A DNA stretch of 64,000 bases from Trichinella spiralis (lineage: Eukaryota), in the NCBI RefSeq assembly GCF_000181795.1, contig NW_003526945.1, forward strand, positions 4,564,247 to 4,628,246, in the 5' to 3' direction. This document shows, piece after piece, positions 13,404-33,747 of the stretch. Below the pieces are notes generated by a model. That model was not told where the DNA came from. It saw nothing but the letters and a program-made list of their open reading frames with translations, and made no database searches. Every line of letters starts with the position of its first letter. The stretch's first letter is position 1. Position numbers and translations under genes: made by a program.

Positions 13404-14930
13404 GCTGATTGCAAATATATAAATACAGTAATATTAATAATAAGGTGTGTTAAAGATATTTATATTTAATTTTAATAATTTCACTTGTAATATATTTTTT
13501 AATTTAAATTTTAATTAAAATTTCGTATTATTATTTTTGTTTTCCGAGTATTTCATCATTTTTACTTTGTTATCGAATTTTAATTAATTGCAGTAAAATT
13601 TTTTATTAAGATCCGTTTCAACATCTACATCTATATACTTTATATGTGATTAACTGTGAAATATTAATGTTGAAAAAATGTTATATTAAACATTATACTT
13701 TGCAATTGAGGAAAAAAGAAGAACAATCGCGTCTGCAAGCTACAGTGCAATTTGGTGTTCATGTTAATTAATGATTATTCAAATAAGGCATAGCATTCGA
13801 ATATTTTTTCAATTTGATGACAGTAAAAATTTTAAACTGTCCTCAATGTTAGTCAATGCTGTGAACATTTAAATTTTGAAAAAAGAAACTATAAACGCAA
13901 CCTTTATTGTATATTGTTCAAGTTGCTTCAACATTGCCACTTTGTCGACGACTTCGAAAATTTTCGATGAACTTCTCGCATATGCTTTCTGTCGTTGTTC
14001 CGAATTGATTGAAAATATCTACAGTGATCAGTTCGCTATTAATTTTGTGCTCAAGCACCTGGACAACATGATTTGATATTATTTATGAGAAAAAAAATTA
14101 ATTTATTCATTCAAATAGTGACGTTATCGTACGTGAGTGCGTGTGTTGAGCGGAGGCCGATGAGATTAACACACATGCAAAAGAATAATAAGGTCAAAGT
14201 ATTGAAATTGAAATCAACATATAACAATTTCTAGAAATCGGTAATAGTGGATCAATGTCTAAAAGAAACTAATATCCATTTAAATCGTGACCATCTGATT
14301 CGAAATGAAAACAATTCACGCTGGCATTTCTCAACAAATTTCACTTCTGTTATTTTAATTTTTCCAATCAAATATCTACCATAAGGAGAATGAAAACTAT
14401 AAAAACAATTTGAGTAAGAAGACAGATAAATGTCAGTTATGATTACAGTTCAAAATGACAAACAAAACAATGATAAAATATTTATTAAAGAAAAAAAAAT
14501 AATGTTAAATTTTTCAAATGACGTATCCGCAAATTGATCAAATTGAGAAATGGTACAGTTTAAAATAAAGACAATAATGAAAAATAAATTAGAAAATTTT
14601 ACTTCTTTATTACTGACTTCCTGTAGCGTTACTTGTAAACATTCAATTTTACAAGGTGGTCATCGCAAATTACAATAAAAAAAGAATAATGAAGTACAAT
14701 TTAACTGTTGCCCAGTTTGCTGTGTTTAAAAAATTTTATTCAAAAAATCAATTAGTATTAATATGGAATTCTTCTGCACGCAGAGAATGAATGGCCATAT
14801 TCCCGCATGATGAATTTAATTGATGTGCTTTCTTTAGTTGGTTGGTTACTAATTAAATTTCTCAGATTGGTCGCTACAAATGATTAGTCTACAGCAGCAT
14901 AGTTTTTGTTCACTGAAAACTATTAATCAT

Positions 14931-14953
14931 TTTAGATTTAGATTTAGATTTAG
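14931..14953. repeat. (TTTAGA)n hexanucleotide repeat, ~4 units
   Basis: tttagatttagatttagatttag read directly. Confidence 0.75.
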
Positions 14954-16128
14954 AATGATTTTAGAAATACTAATGCATCTTGGCAGACATACAAAATTAG
15001 CAACTTCATAGGTATATTATATGCATACACAAACACACGCACACACCTATATGTATATATATGCGTGTGTGTGTGTTCATCAGATTTGAGATGTTTTATT
15101 TCAATGAAGAGATAACTTCGTTTATTAGTTTAAGTTTAAAAGTTCATTAATGTAATTTGTTTATAATGGTTGACTTAAGAAGTCGCAAAGGCGTATAAGT
15201 AGCCAGTGCTTGTGCTTGTAAAGTAGAATATTACAAATAGATTACTTCTAAATGAAAGATACTTCTTTCTAGAGAACGGCTCGAGGAATTACACTGTAAG
15301 AATGATATTTGTTTGCTAAATCTTTTTTTTTATTCACAATTTTGTATTTGTGTTTCTTTATTTTGTTTGTATAACCAAACAATTATTAAACAAAATTCGA
15401 TTCAAAAAATCATATTGTATTCAAGTGATAACATTACATTGAGCGAATTATATACATTATTATTATCATTATTTAGCTATCAATGCTTGTTATTATTTTT
15501 TTTTTCTTTTTGAATTTTTAACTTTGCTTTTTGATAAGCTTAATTATGATATGTTACAATCAACGTCATATTTCGATATTTAATTGCATTATAGCCTTTG
15601 AAATTAGTCTCTCAGTTAGTATTTATGCGTCCTTCTTCTTCTTCTTCTTCTAATTCTTCTGTTGGGGCATTTTGTGATTTATTCATGATAAAATATTCAA
15701 ATTAAGCTAGAAGAAATCAAACTACTAATTAAGAGCTCTTATAAATAAATGTTCATCATTTTAATGAGCTTGAGCTCTGGAAAAATACTTTTTCTCAATA
15801 ACAAAGCTGTCTCCTCCGCTGTTCCAAAAGCTTATTATTTTTAAATTGATATCATGCCATTGTAATTTTGCTGATTTTTTAAGCTTCAACCGATTTGACA
15901 CCTGCTGTTCTATTGCTCATTTTCAGATCGACATTTCAAATTCACAAGTTTCACCTCCTTTTCAATGACGTCTGCCAGCAAAATGTCGCTTGTCTGTCTG
16001 CCTCTCTGTTGAAGATCATAATTCTTTTGGAACTTCCTGTTGTCAGCTTTGAGTGGATTTGAAAGAACCTTTGGGTGCTTTATAAGTTTCGTTTTTGGGA
16101 AAAAATACCCAATATAGACTTCATTCTG

Positions 16129-17551
16129 ATGATTGGCAAAATTATTCATTCTCTATTCTTCTTGACAACTGGTGGTATTATACCTATACTGTTGAACTTG
16201 CTACTTGTCAGGTTGATTTTGAAAATCAAATTGAAACAGCCTAATCTTCGACTTATGGCAGGTAATTTCATTAAATTACTTGAATTTTATATCATTTATT
16301 TAATATTAAATTTGTTTCACTACCAAAAGCAAGTTTAATTAGTTTTTCTCCACAACTATACTTCTGGGTGGTTTTCGTTCTTTTTGACAATTCAGTTTCC
16401 TAACTACTGACTAACAAAGCACCAACTGAAGACGATGCACTCGCAATTATTACATGCGTTGCATTTTATTTTGAATTCATAAAGCATTTCAATATTTTAA
16501 GTAATTACTTATTCTTGTTGCTGCTTGCTTGTTCATCATTTCCAATAGTAAATAAAGTTGGGGGTGTAAGTGTATTATTGATTACGTTTTGCATGACATA
16601 TAATTTCACGCATCATGATGCTAGCTAGTAAGTAGTTAGTCTGAAATATCAGTTCATAAATGCTGATGAAAAGTATACAATTCGCACTAATACTTTTTTT
16701 ACATATTGCATAAAAATGTACTCTGTTTTCGTTCTTTTCCAGCTTTGGGATTATCCAACATTGTGCACGGCTTAGGATGCGTATTTTACCACGTTCGCCT
16801 TACTGGCTATTTGGAATCGTTAAATCGTACAGTAACAACCCGCGCTTGCATGTTCCACGCCCCGCATATAACGTTATTTTTGCTGTCAAACGACATGTTC
16901 ACTTATTCTGTATTTCTGATTTGCATAGAACGCCTGGTCGCGTTCCACGCGTCCGAAAAATACGTGAAAGTGTTCAGCGCTAATCGTTTGAACATTCTAT
17001 TTATATTTTTTGCAATTTTCATCTTTGCTAAAGTGCTGTTCTATTGGTGGATTGCGCTCAGTCGAACCGATGTGCAAATTTCCAATTCCTGCTCTTTCAA
17101 AGAGACATTCGGTCTGTATTATTATTCATCTTTACTGTCCGCCAATCTCGCATTCGGCTGGATAACTGTGATTTTGTACATTTTCTTGCTCGTCTCTTCT
17201 CGCATTCGCAAGTCGACTCGTTTCGCAAAAATGGGCCGCTTCAGAATGGACCGTGAAACGTCAATGACCAAAAGTGTGTTTGTTGTACTCCTATCAAGCA
17301 TCCTTTTCCAAATATTCCCATCCACATTGAATTTATGCAAATTGTGGAGCAAAAAGGAGAATCCACTGTTGTACCATGCCATAATTATATCGTTGCAAAA
17401 TTTCAATTTGAATTTCACTGCCATAATTTACATGATAATTCACCCAGGTCTGCGACAAGAGCTGAAAGAATGGCATCCTTGTCGATTCAGAGGTACCGCT
17501 GTATCGCCGGAACAGTACAACGTTGGAGTTTACATTGGAAATGGCAAATAA
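16129..17551 (+). CDS. Seven-transmembrane GPCR, nematode serpentine/chemoreceptor-like, 2 exons
   Basis: Exon 1 16129-16261 (MIGKIIHSLFFLTTGGIIPILLNLLLVRLILKIKLKQPNLRLMA, donor G|GTAAT) joins exon 2 16743-17551 (TTTTCCAG|). About 7 hydrophobic segments, DRY-like ICIERLVA after TM3, and N...IIYMIIHPGLRQEL at TM7/helix 8. Confidence 0.82.
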
Positions 17552-17976
17552 TGATCGACCGCATGCAAAATGTATTTTGAAGGCAGTATTTTGAATTCAA
17601 TTCATCAAATGAGTGGATATATTTCTTCTTCGATTTTGTATTTTTGCTATTGCACAAAGGAGGATTTATCTGAAATAAAAAATTGAGCATTCATTTTTCA
17701 CTTTCCAATTCAAGCAATACAAAAAAAGAAGTACAATTTTGTGCGTAGCACAACTAAAATAAAAACATTCAATTCAAACTACCAGTGGGGGTATTTTGCT
17801 CGAATACACATTTTCAATGAACTTTCTACACACTGATTGCACTATTGGATTTCTATTTTATATAATAAAAACTAACATGGTTGTACTTCTAACCGGTCAA
17901 ATTAAGGCAGTCGAGCGGCAATTGAAATTTCTTCCATTGTCCAATGTTGAGCATCAACAGTGCTTTCAAGTTGAAT

Positions 17977-19109
17977 TCAAAACCAAACAGCGTAAACTCC
18001 TACCGTAAGCAGAGCAGTAAAAAAGGACGAAATTACATTTTGGGCCTTGTTGCAAAGATTGCCACTGCATTCACAGACTGTGGGACTTTGGTCAGCAAGG
18101 CAAGCGGCATTTTGTAATTTGTGAGGATTTTTCAGCATTCCATCTTTACAGCCTCTGATGGTAAATTTAAATTCTAAAAAATCAACAGCAAAATATAAGA
18201 AATTATTGTATATTCGTTGATAATGGATTAAATGAAAATTTTCACTAAAACTAAAGCTAAAGTAGAAATTAAAATCATGCTTTTGCTTACGCTTTGATAA
18301 AGATATGATAAATTTTACTTTTATCATTAAATTTAAAACTATTTTCAAAACTAATACACACACATTATACAATTTCTAGATTAAAAATACTTTTAAAGCG
18401 TATTCAAAATTAATAATAAATAAATAAAACGGTCGTTTCTTGTAGTTATTGAAATAGTATAAACGTTAGCTGCTAATGTACATTGAAATGTATTTTCTTT
18501 TATCAAACATTATACATTATAGAAGTGTTGTATTGAGCTGAGTTGTACTGAATGAACACGAACGTTTTTGAGTGAAAGTGAACAATTGATTCAAGCTATT
18601 TATTGCACATGTTATGAGAAAATCAAAAGCGTGCAAATGACTAAACTAAGCCATTCAACAAAGCTAAGAAAGTGTTATGATAAATATTAAAATTTACCCT
18701 CTGTGGTGACAGTGATCTTGGTACAGTTACTATTTTGACAAGTTTGCTTGTTCAATTTCAACAAAGCATCCGGTGTAGCATCGTTGCAGTTGTCCGATAT
18801 AGGAGGCAGTGAAAAGAGTTTTGAAAAGAATAATTTCGCAACATGCTTTTCATAATCATCCGTTTGTGGTGGCATGGGGCTTGCACAATAATAACAATGA
18901 ATGCTTTGAATTTGTGCTCTGACCAAATCCACTAAAATACCTGAAAATAAAAAATATCAAAAACAGAATCATCAAATAAATAAAAGAAAAAAGAAACACG
19001 TATATAAAGATGCATTATTAATCAACAGGATGTAGTGTAATCAAAGCAAAGCAAAGCGTTGTAGAAATTGAAATTACAAACCTAAGAAAAGAGACGTGCA
19101 GAACAGCAT
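17977..19109 (-). CDS. Ly6/uPAR three-finger protein (quiver/sleepless- or ODR-2/HOT-like), signal peptide plus probable GPI anchor, 3 exons
   Basis: Exons 19109-19082, ~18940-18699 and ~18174-17977 give MLFCTSLFLGILVDLVRAQIQSIHCYYCAS...C...CQNSNCTK...IRGC...C...VCECSGNLCN followed by a hydrophobic tail. This has CxxC, RGC and CxCxxxxCN with 10 Cys in the mature domain. Confidence 0.85.
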
Positions 19110-22100
19110 CGTGCAATTGCAGATGATTGGAAAAAGGATGTTTGAAGAATGATAATAATTTTAAAAAAAAGAGAAATTGATAAAATAGAAACGGCGGCGT
19201 TGTCCAGTAAGGGGTGCAAGAAAGCAAGCAGCATCCCGTGCACCAGATGCGACGCCGTTGCTAAGCAACCGCAAAGAATGCCGCTTTTACCTATTGATTG
19301 AAATTTTGAACCGAAACATCTCTGCAATTTATTTAATAATGGTCGATGTTAATTGAACTGCAATGTGTCAGCTTGACAACTGCACTGAAACCGAAAGGTG
19401 TTCGCTCAATAAATGATGTTTCAGTTTAGCATATTTCAGCAGCTGCCAATATGGTCACTTCTCTTTTTTTTGCAACGCAAATGCAACACGATCTGGACAT
19501 ACATGAACATCTCTATTCATCTCGCCTGAAAAGTGAATGCCAATTTCATAATTAATTTTATTTCCTCGGTTAGTTAATAATTTCTTTCTGTTTTTTTTCG
19601 CTGGTAATGATATTTTTTGTTCATCAACATGCCATAATGTAAGAGAATTTGTGGAACAAAACAACTTTCATTGCATTCAAATATCTTCTGTAGTTTTGGC
19701 GTAAATTTTTAAATTAAAAATTCTATACCAGCATCAGTATCAAATCAATATTCATATTGATCGTCATAGTGATGATGATGATAATTATTTATCCATCGAC
19801 TACTCTTGTTTGTATAATTAATAATAAGTAATTTTGACTGATTTTTAATTAGTCCCTAGGGTGTAAAAATCGTTGCCAATCCTACATGACTGAGTACAGT
19901 GTTATGCAATCTTTAATTGATTTGTTCATATTAATGTTAATGGATTATTTTATAAAATTTCCGTTTTTCGTGTAGCATAAAATTATAAACTACGAACTCT
20001 GAACAATGAATACTACTGTATAAAATATATAAAGAGACGTTAGCAATGATAATAGCAATAATAACTGTTAAAATTGTTAGCTTTCATTCATATGTTTGAT
20101 ATATTTAGCCTATTTTTAACACACAACTGAAAATGTTTGATAAAAATCTTATTTCGTAAAAAAAGTGCAATAGCATATAAAAATAAACGAACAATTAAAA
20201 TAAACAAACGATATCAAAAGAAAAATATGTACTAAAGATAAATGCTAAATGCAAAATGATAATAAAATATTTATCAGAAGATAAAGTTATTTTCACTTTC
20301 AAAAGTAAATAAAACAAGCTCCAATTCTCCAATCAGAAAATTATTAACATTTGCATTTATAAAAGACAATTTTCTTTTCCAAATATCATACATAATAATA
20401 ATAATACACCGCAATAAATTCAACATAATTCAAAATGGTCAATTAAATTGAAATTTTTTTTAAACAATAATAAAAAGATCTACCAAAGAAATAAAAATGA
20501 ATACCTACGCAGATAGCTTAATGAATTAACTATTAGCATAAGCATAATTATTAAAATATGAATGGAATAGAACAGATTAATTAGAATGAGGTCAAGCGAA
20601 AAATATTCTTTTCCCAGTACAATTAATATTAATGTATATATTTGTTGATGCTTTGTAAAATAGTTGCACATATAAATAGCAAGTCAAAAAATGTAAAAAT
20701 CATATACAAAAGAAATGGTTATCGGAAAATTAAATTTGATATGCATCAAGTAGAAATTATTTTTGCTTTCATTTTTGTGAGAATATATTTTTGAAAAAAG
20801 TTTCAAGCAAAACAAGCTTTATTATTAGTAAAAGTACGAAAATTGAATTCATTTGTACTATTTTGAAGTACAATTTTTCTGGCCTTATTTTTTTCACTTA
20901 TGGAAGAATAAAAAGATTGCTGCCGTGAAATAAAGTAAATTGTATAGTTGTAATTTTGAAAGATGAAAAAACCACAATTTATATAAGGATAATCATTTTA
21001 ATTTCACTGCACACAAGTTCGCTTAATAACGTGGTGAATTTTCATAAATTTCATTAATAATAATTTATAAAAGACTGCTGAAAGTTATTGAATCTTTATA
21101 AGCGATCCCTTTCATTCGTTGGTAGTTAAATAAAGCGTTTCCTGTTTCAACCTGTCGATGGAACTAGCAAATATTTATTTATTTATTTATTTATTATTAA
21201 AGCACAACAATCCGTATATTTGCATCTAGTTTTTTTTAAATGAAATTTGATTGCTGACTGTCAGTCAGCATAATGGAACAATTTTGAAGCTCAATTATGA
21301 AGTGTATCCATCAACATTGTGCAGAGCAAACTGCAGCAGCGAAAAAATCATTCAGCAACTCCAGGCACAATTGGAAAACAAGCCTACTGTATATTTTTGT
21401 CAATATCAATATCAATTTTGCATTTAAAAAATTCTACTTTCATTTTATCCTATTCATAAACTTTTTCCTTTGCACAAATGATAATGCATTTCTTTGGAAC
21501 TTTTCAACTTACAATTCTGCCAAAGTGGAAAAGAATATGGAAATGAAATGAACTCAAAAATCCATTTGCTATATTAGCTGAATTTTAATATGAAAGTTTA
21601 AGATAAATAAATAAACTGTTTCAGCAAACTTTTTTGGCCGAGTGATAATTGTGCCTGAACATTAAAATTTAACATACAAATTAATTGTTATCAAAGTAGT
21701 AATAATTTGACGATGGTGTAAAGTCAATGAACATAACGTGCAAAAATTGTTAAACTTTTCAACAATAAAATAAAGCAAATTTAATACCCCAAAACAAACA
21801 ATTTACGTAGCACTTTTTATTTAATATGCACCAGCTTGCAAATAAGCTTTTCAGGTAATGAGTTGAAATTTTGAATAGGAAAAAAAAATCTTAAGCTAAT
21901 TTTTTTGCTTCTAATTTTCCTTTTCCCCTTCTTTTCTAAATTACGATTAATTTTAAATAAAACAGTCGGTCGGTGGTTGAACGGTGCATAGTTTAATTTA
22001 ATATGTTGTCAATGATGGTTTTACAGAAAAGTGTAAATAAAGAATTATCAGCATGCTGTCACGACTGATCGCTTATAACAGGCTTTGTCGAACGGGGGAA

Positions 22101-25100
22101 GCACACTGTGTCCGTTTCCAAATAATAGCAAGCTGGTGCACTTCGGGCCGGTTTGCTTGCAAGCACTTTTACAAAATCCCACCTCTTCCTTGTTCCACAT
22201 TCATTTAGTCTGCTAGTTAGTTAGTCAATTGGCTGCTTATACACTTCACATATAAGCCCTGTTTCACATCAGTACACTATTCCATTTGTCATAGGTAAGT
22301 TTGTCACATCTTTTACATTACCACGTTTCGTTTTTTCTTCACTTTTCCTCTTTTTGATAAAGAAAAACAAAACAAAACCATTTTATTAATTATTTATGCA
22401 AATTTTGCAACATGCATATTTAGAAACATTAAAATTCAACTTTTTAACAAAAAAGTACAATTGGAATTCTAACATTATTAATAGCTAGCAGAAATTAGCA
22501 ACGGTTGTTGCTGCAAACAAGTATTTTGTGAACTACTTTGTGCAGTTTTCAGTTTATGATGCAATAAATTTTACATTGCCAAAATAAAATGCGATTTTCA
22601 ACGCTATTTCTATTTCGTGTTTTAGTGCAAGCAATCAATCGCACGACCAAAATTATATACTAGCTGTTTCAATTTTTTACAATTTACAAACAAAGAAAAT
22701 TTCTCACTTCTTCACTGATTTTTCTTATGGATGAAATAAGTTTCTTTTACGAGGTACTGTAATAAGTTGCACTGTTGCTAAACTGCTGGATATTCACTGC
22801 AAACGTGTCGTTTGAGCGAGCAAATATTTTGGTAAGAATGCCATTTTAAAAACACAAACCACAAAAAATCACGCTCTCCTTTCTGATCATTGTTTAGATT
22901 AAATAAGCTTTGGAAGATTATTTTGATGGAAATGCATCGGCTTACTGATTCGCATTACAAATTTCAATCTATTCAATTCTCCACTGATTTGTTCACAATT
23001 GAATTCAATTGAAAAATATCAACAACTTTTCACTTCAGTCCACTTTGATCAATTAGCATATTATAGTGTATTTCGCACTGTTATCTATGTATTATGCAAA
23101 TTTTCGATCTAATAGAGGAAATGCAAAAAAGAAAAATACTTAGTTCTTACTCAAACTTATAATTCAAGCAACTATCCTTTTTAAATCAATATTCAGCTGA
23201 AAAATGCTAATGGAAAAATAATAATCGCTTTCACTACAAGCAGCAGATTTATAATTACCATATATAGGTATTTTCTTTTCTTGAACTGAATGAATTCAAG
23301 GCTGTTCAGTTGAATGGACTATAGTGATATTGTTAAGATCAAATTATAAAAATTCAAAGAGAAACATTTTTGCAAAGCAATGCTTCAGGCTTTTCTATTA
23401 CTTAAATGTCATTTGCTAACTTTGCATAATCTCAGATATGAATGATTCTTCTACTGCCGTACCGTTTTGCATTAAATTTCAAAATGCTTTCTTCTCTTAC
23501 AGTATTACTAAGCTCATTCTCATGGTTGCACCTGGATCATCAAATCAGCTTTTAACAATTCCAACAGTCCTATGAAAAATGTTGTAAAAAAACTCCAAAT
23601 CCTTTTCTTGTACGTGACATGGTTTTTTAAATGCTTTCAGTTATGCAAACAGAAAACAGTTGTTATTGACTACTGAAAAAAAGCTTTCAAAATTGTGTGT
23701 GAGAGAAACTGATTAATTTCATTTCAACGCCTTTTTGCACCGCATTTTTTCACTTCGTGCTTTTACTAAAATAATTATTTTGAAAGCACCCTCTTAAAGA
23801 AACCAGCGTTTTTACGCATGCAACAATGGAAACTTCCTTCTGAATCATTATTGAACAGTTATCTAAAAATAATATTTATAACTTCACGTTTGTTTAGTCT
23901 CTCTTTGATTTTATTTTTTCTCTTGATAGCACAACAGCTAACTAGCTCAATGTTTGCCTTGATGTGCAGTCATAGCAATGGCATGTTTCTTCAAATCAAG
24001 ATATGGTTAAGATAATAGCCTGTCCCCAGTGTCTAATATTAAAAGATTAAACAACTAGAAAGTAGCCGTCTGTTTAAATAGATGCCAAAGGCGAGGAAAG
24101 CTGTTCCACTGACATGAAATATAACCATATTTTATTTAAAGATAACAACCATCAAGCAGTCACGATGCATTACGTCATACTTGCATGCTTTATATAATTA
24201 TAATTCAAATGAAACTCGCGTTAGCATGGATGATGATATCATAACAAAAACACTTGATCAAAATTACCAAGATACTATACATGCTCTTGCACCTGTGATT
24301 ATTCGCCAACTTTGATCTGTTTACCTTGTACTGCTTTTGAGGCACACAACACAACACAATGTACAACAAGTTAAGTAAAATATGACGAAGAAAATGGGTT
24401 TCTGAGGAATGTTTGCTACAGTTCTTCACTTTTCATTGGATTTTTTCTCATAAATCAAAATCAATTTCCTTTATTCAATTTATTTCTGAACTGTAATTGA
24501 AAACATGTTGAACACGCATTAATAATTTCGAAGGGAAAAAGGTACAGTGTATGAATTTATTATTACTATGTGATGATTTTGTACTTGCCAGACAGTTTTG
24601 TCTATCATTTCAAAGGAAGCTTTGTTATAAACTGTTTCAAAAGTTTTAAAAGCATAATCTTCTATTGGGAAACAACTATGAACCACAATTCTGCAAACCT
24701 GTTCGCTAAACAAAGTCATAAATATAATGCCATGGCCGCTAATGGTCGTCCTATTACTCATCAAATAGAAGCAGAAGCGAACTAGTCTGCTTCCTTTTGA
24801 TAAGCAACAAGAATCAACCGCAAATAAATTATCATTCCCTGAGATAACGATGCTTCGCCAACACACTCATAGTTGAAAATTAGAAAATGTAGAATTGCAG
24901 TTATTTGTTTAATAGCTGACTGATTTCTAAGTAACGACAATTTCAAAAGAAAAAAGAAAAACATAACTGAAATTTTTGATTAAACCTTCGTTATAGTAAT
25001 TTTAAAATGTTTATAACAAATAAGCATTAGTTGGAAATCATATTCAACATTTCAATACAGAAAATGCCATATATATATATACATATATCTACAGATGCTA

Positions 25101-25891
25101 TTTTCACAAAACTGTTTTCATGCTAACATTGTCCAATCACGATCACTTGAATTCTAGCAAAGGTGGCAATATTTAGAATTTTTCGTGTTTGAATGAACAT
25201 TCAACATATTCATATAAGTACTCATATTTGCTGCAACAGAATGCATGAATGACAAGTTTGCAACTAATTATTTCAATTCACTGAGGCTTCAGAAAACTGG
25301 CAATCTTGAGCAATGATCATTTTTGGTACATTTAAAAAGATTTAACATTCATTGTTTGTTTTACTCTAAAGTTACTTATTTTTGCCAGTTCCATTATCAG
25401 CGTGTTTCTTTTTCATAATTGTCAAGGATACGAATTATTTATGGGTAAATTATAATAACATCTTGCGAGCGAAAATTGCCATCAGTGACATTGCAAACGC
25501 AACACTGAATTGATCACCAAATTGTTGAAGCAAGCAGGTGATTAGAGCAAAATATCAAGAGATTTCGTGCTAATACACCTCAAGGTAAAAATTAATCCAT
25601 TTTCACAAATTCAGTTTCTGAATCAGCATACAGAATTGTTGCATGTTCTTTTTTTTAATTCAAAAGATTATACTTGCATCTGATCATGCAAAAAATATTT
25701 CTTGCAATAATTTCTATTTCTGAAGTGATTAACCAAATTAAAACAATTGCTGTTAGGAGGTAAAAAAATTTTACTTGGGATTTTACGTGCCATCGGCTTA
25801 TTTGTATTGCATATCTGTTTTATTGTTGTTAGCTATTAATGTTCATTATTAACATAGAAATTTTAGAAATAGTTTAAAATCAGCACCAGCG

Positions 25892-33747
<7,856 letters not shown>

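Noticed and set aside
15020..15078. (CA)n...(TG)n fold-back resembling a miRNA hairpin
   Set aside because: Explained by adjacent complementary microsatellites.
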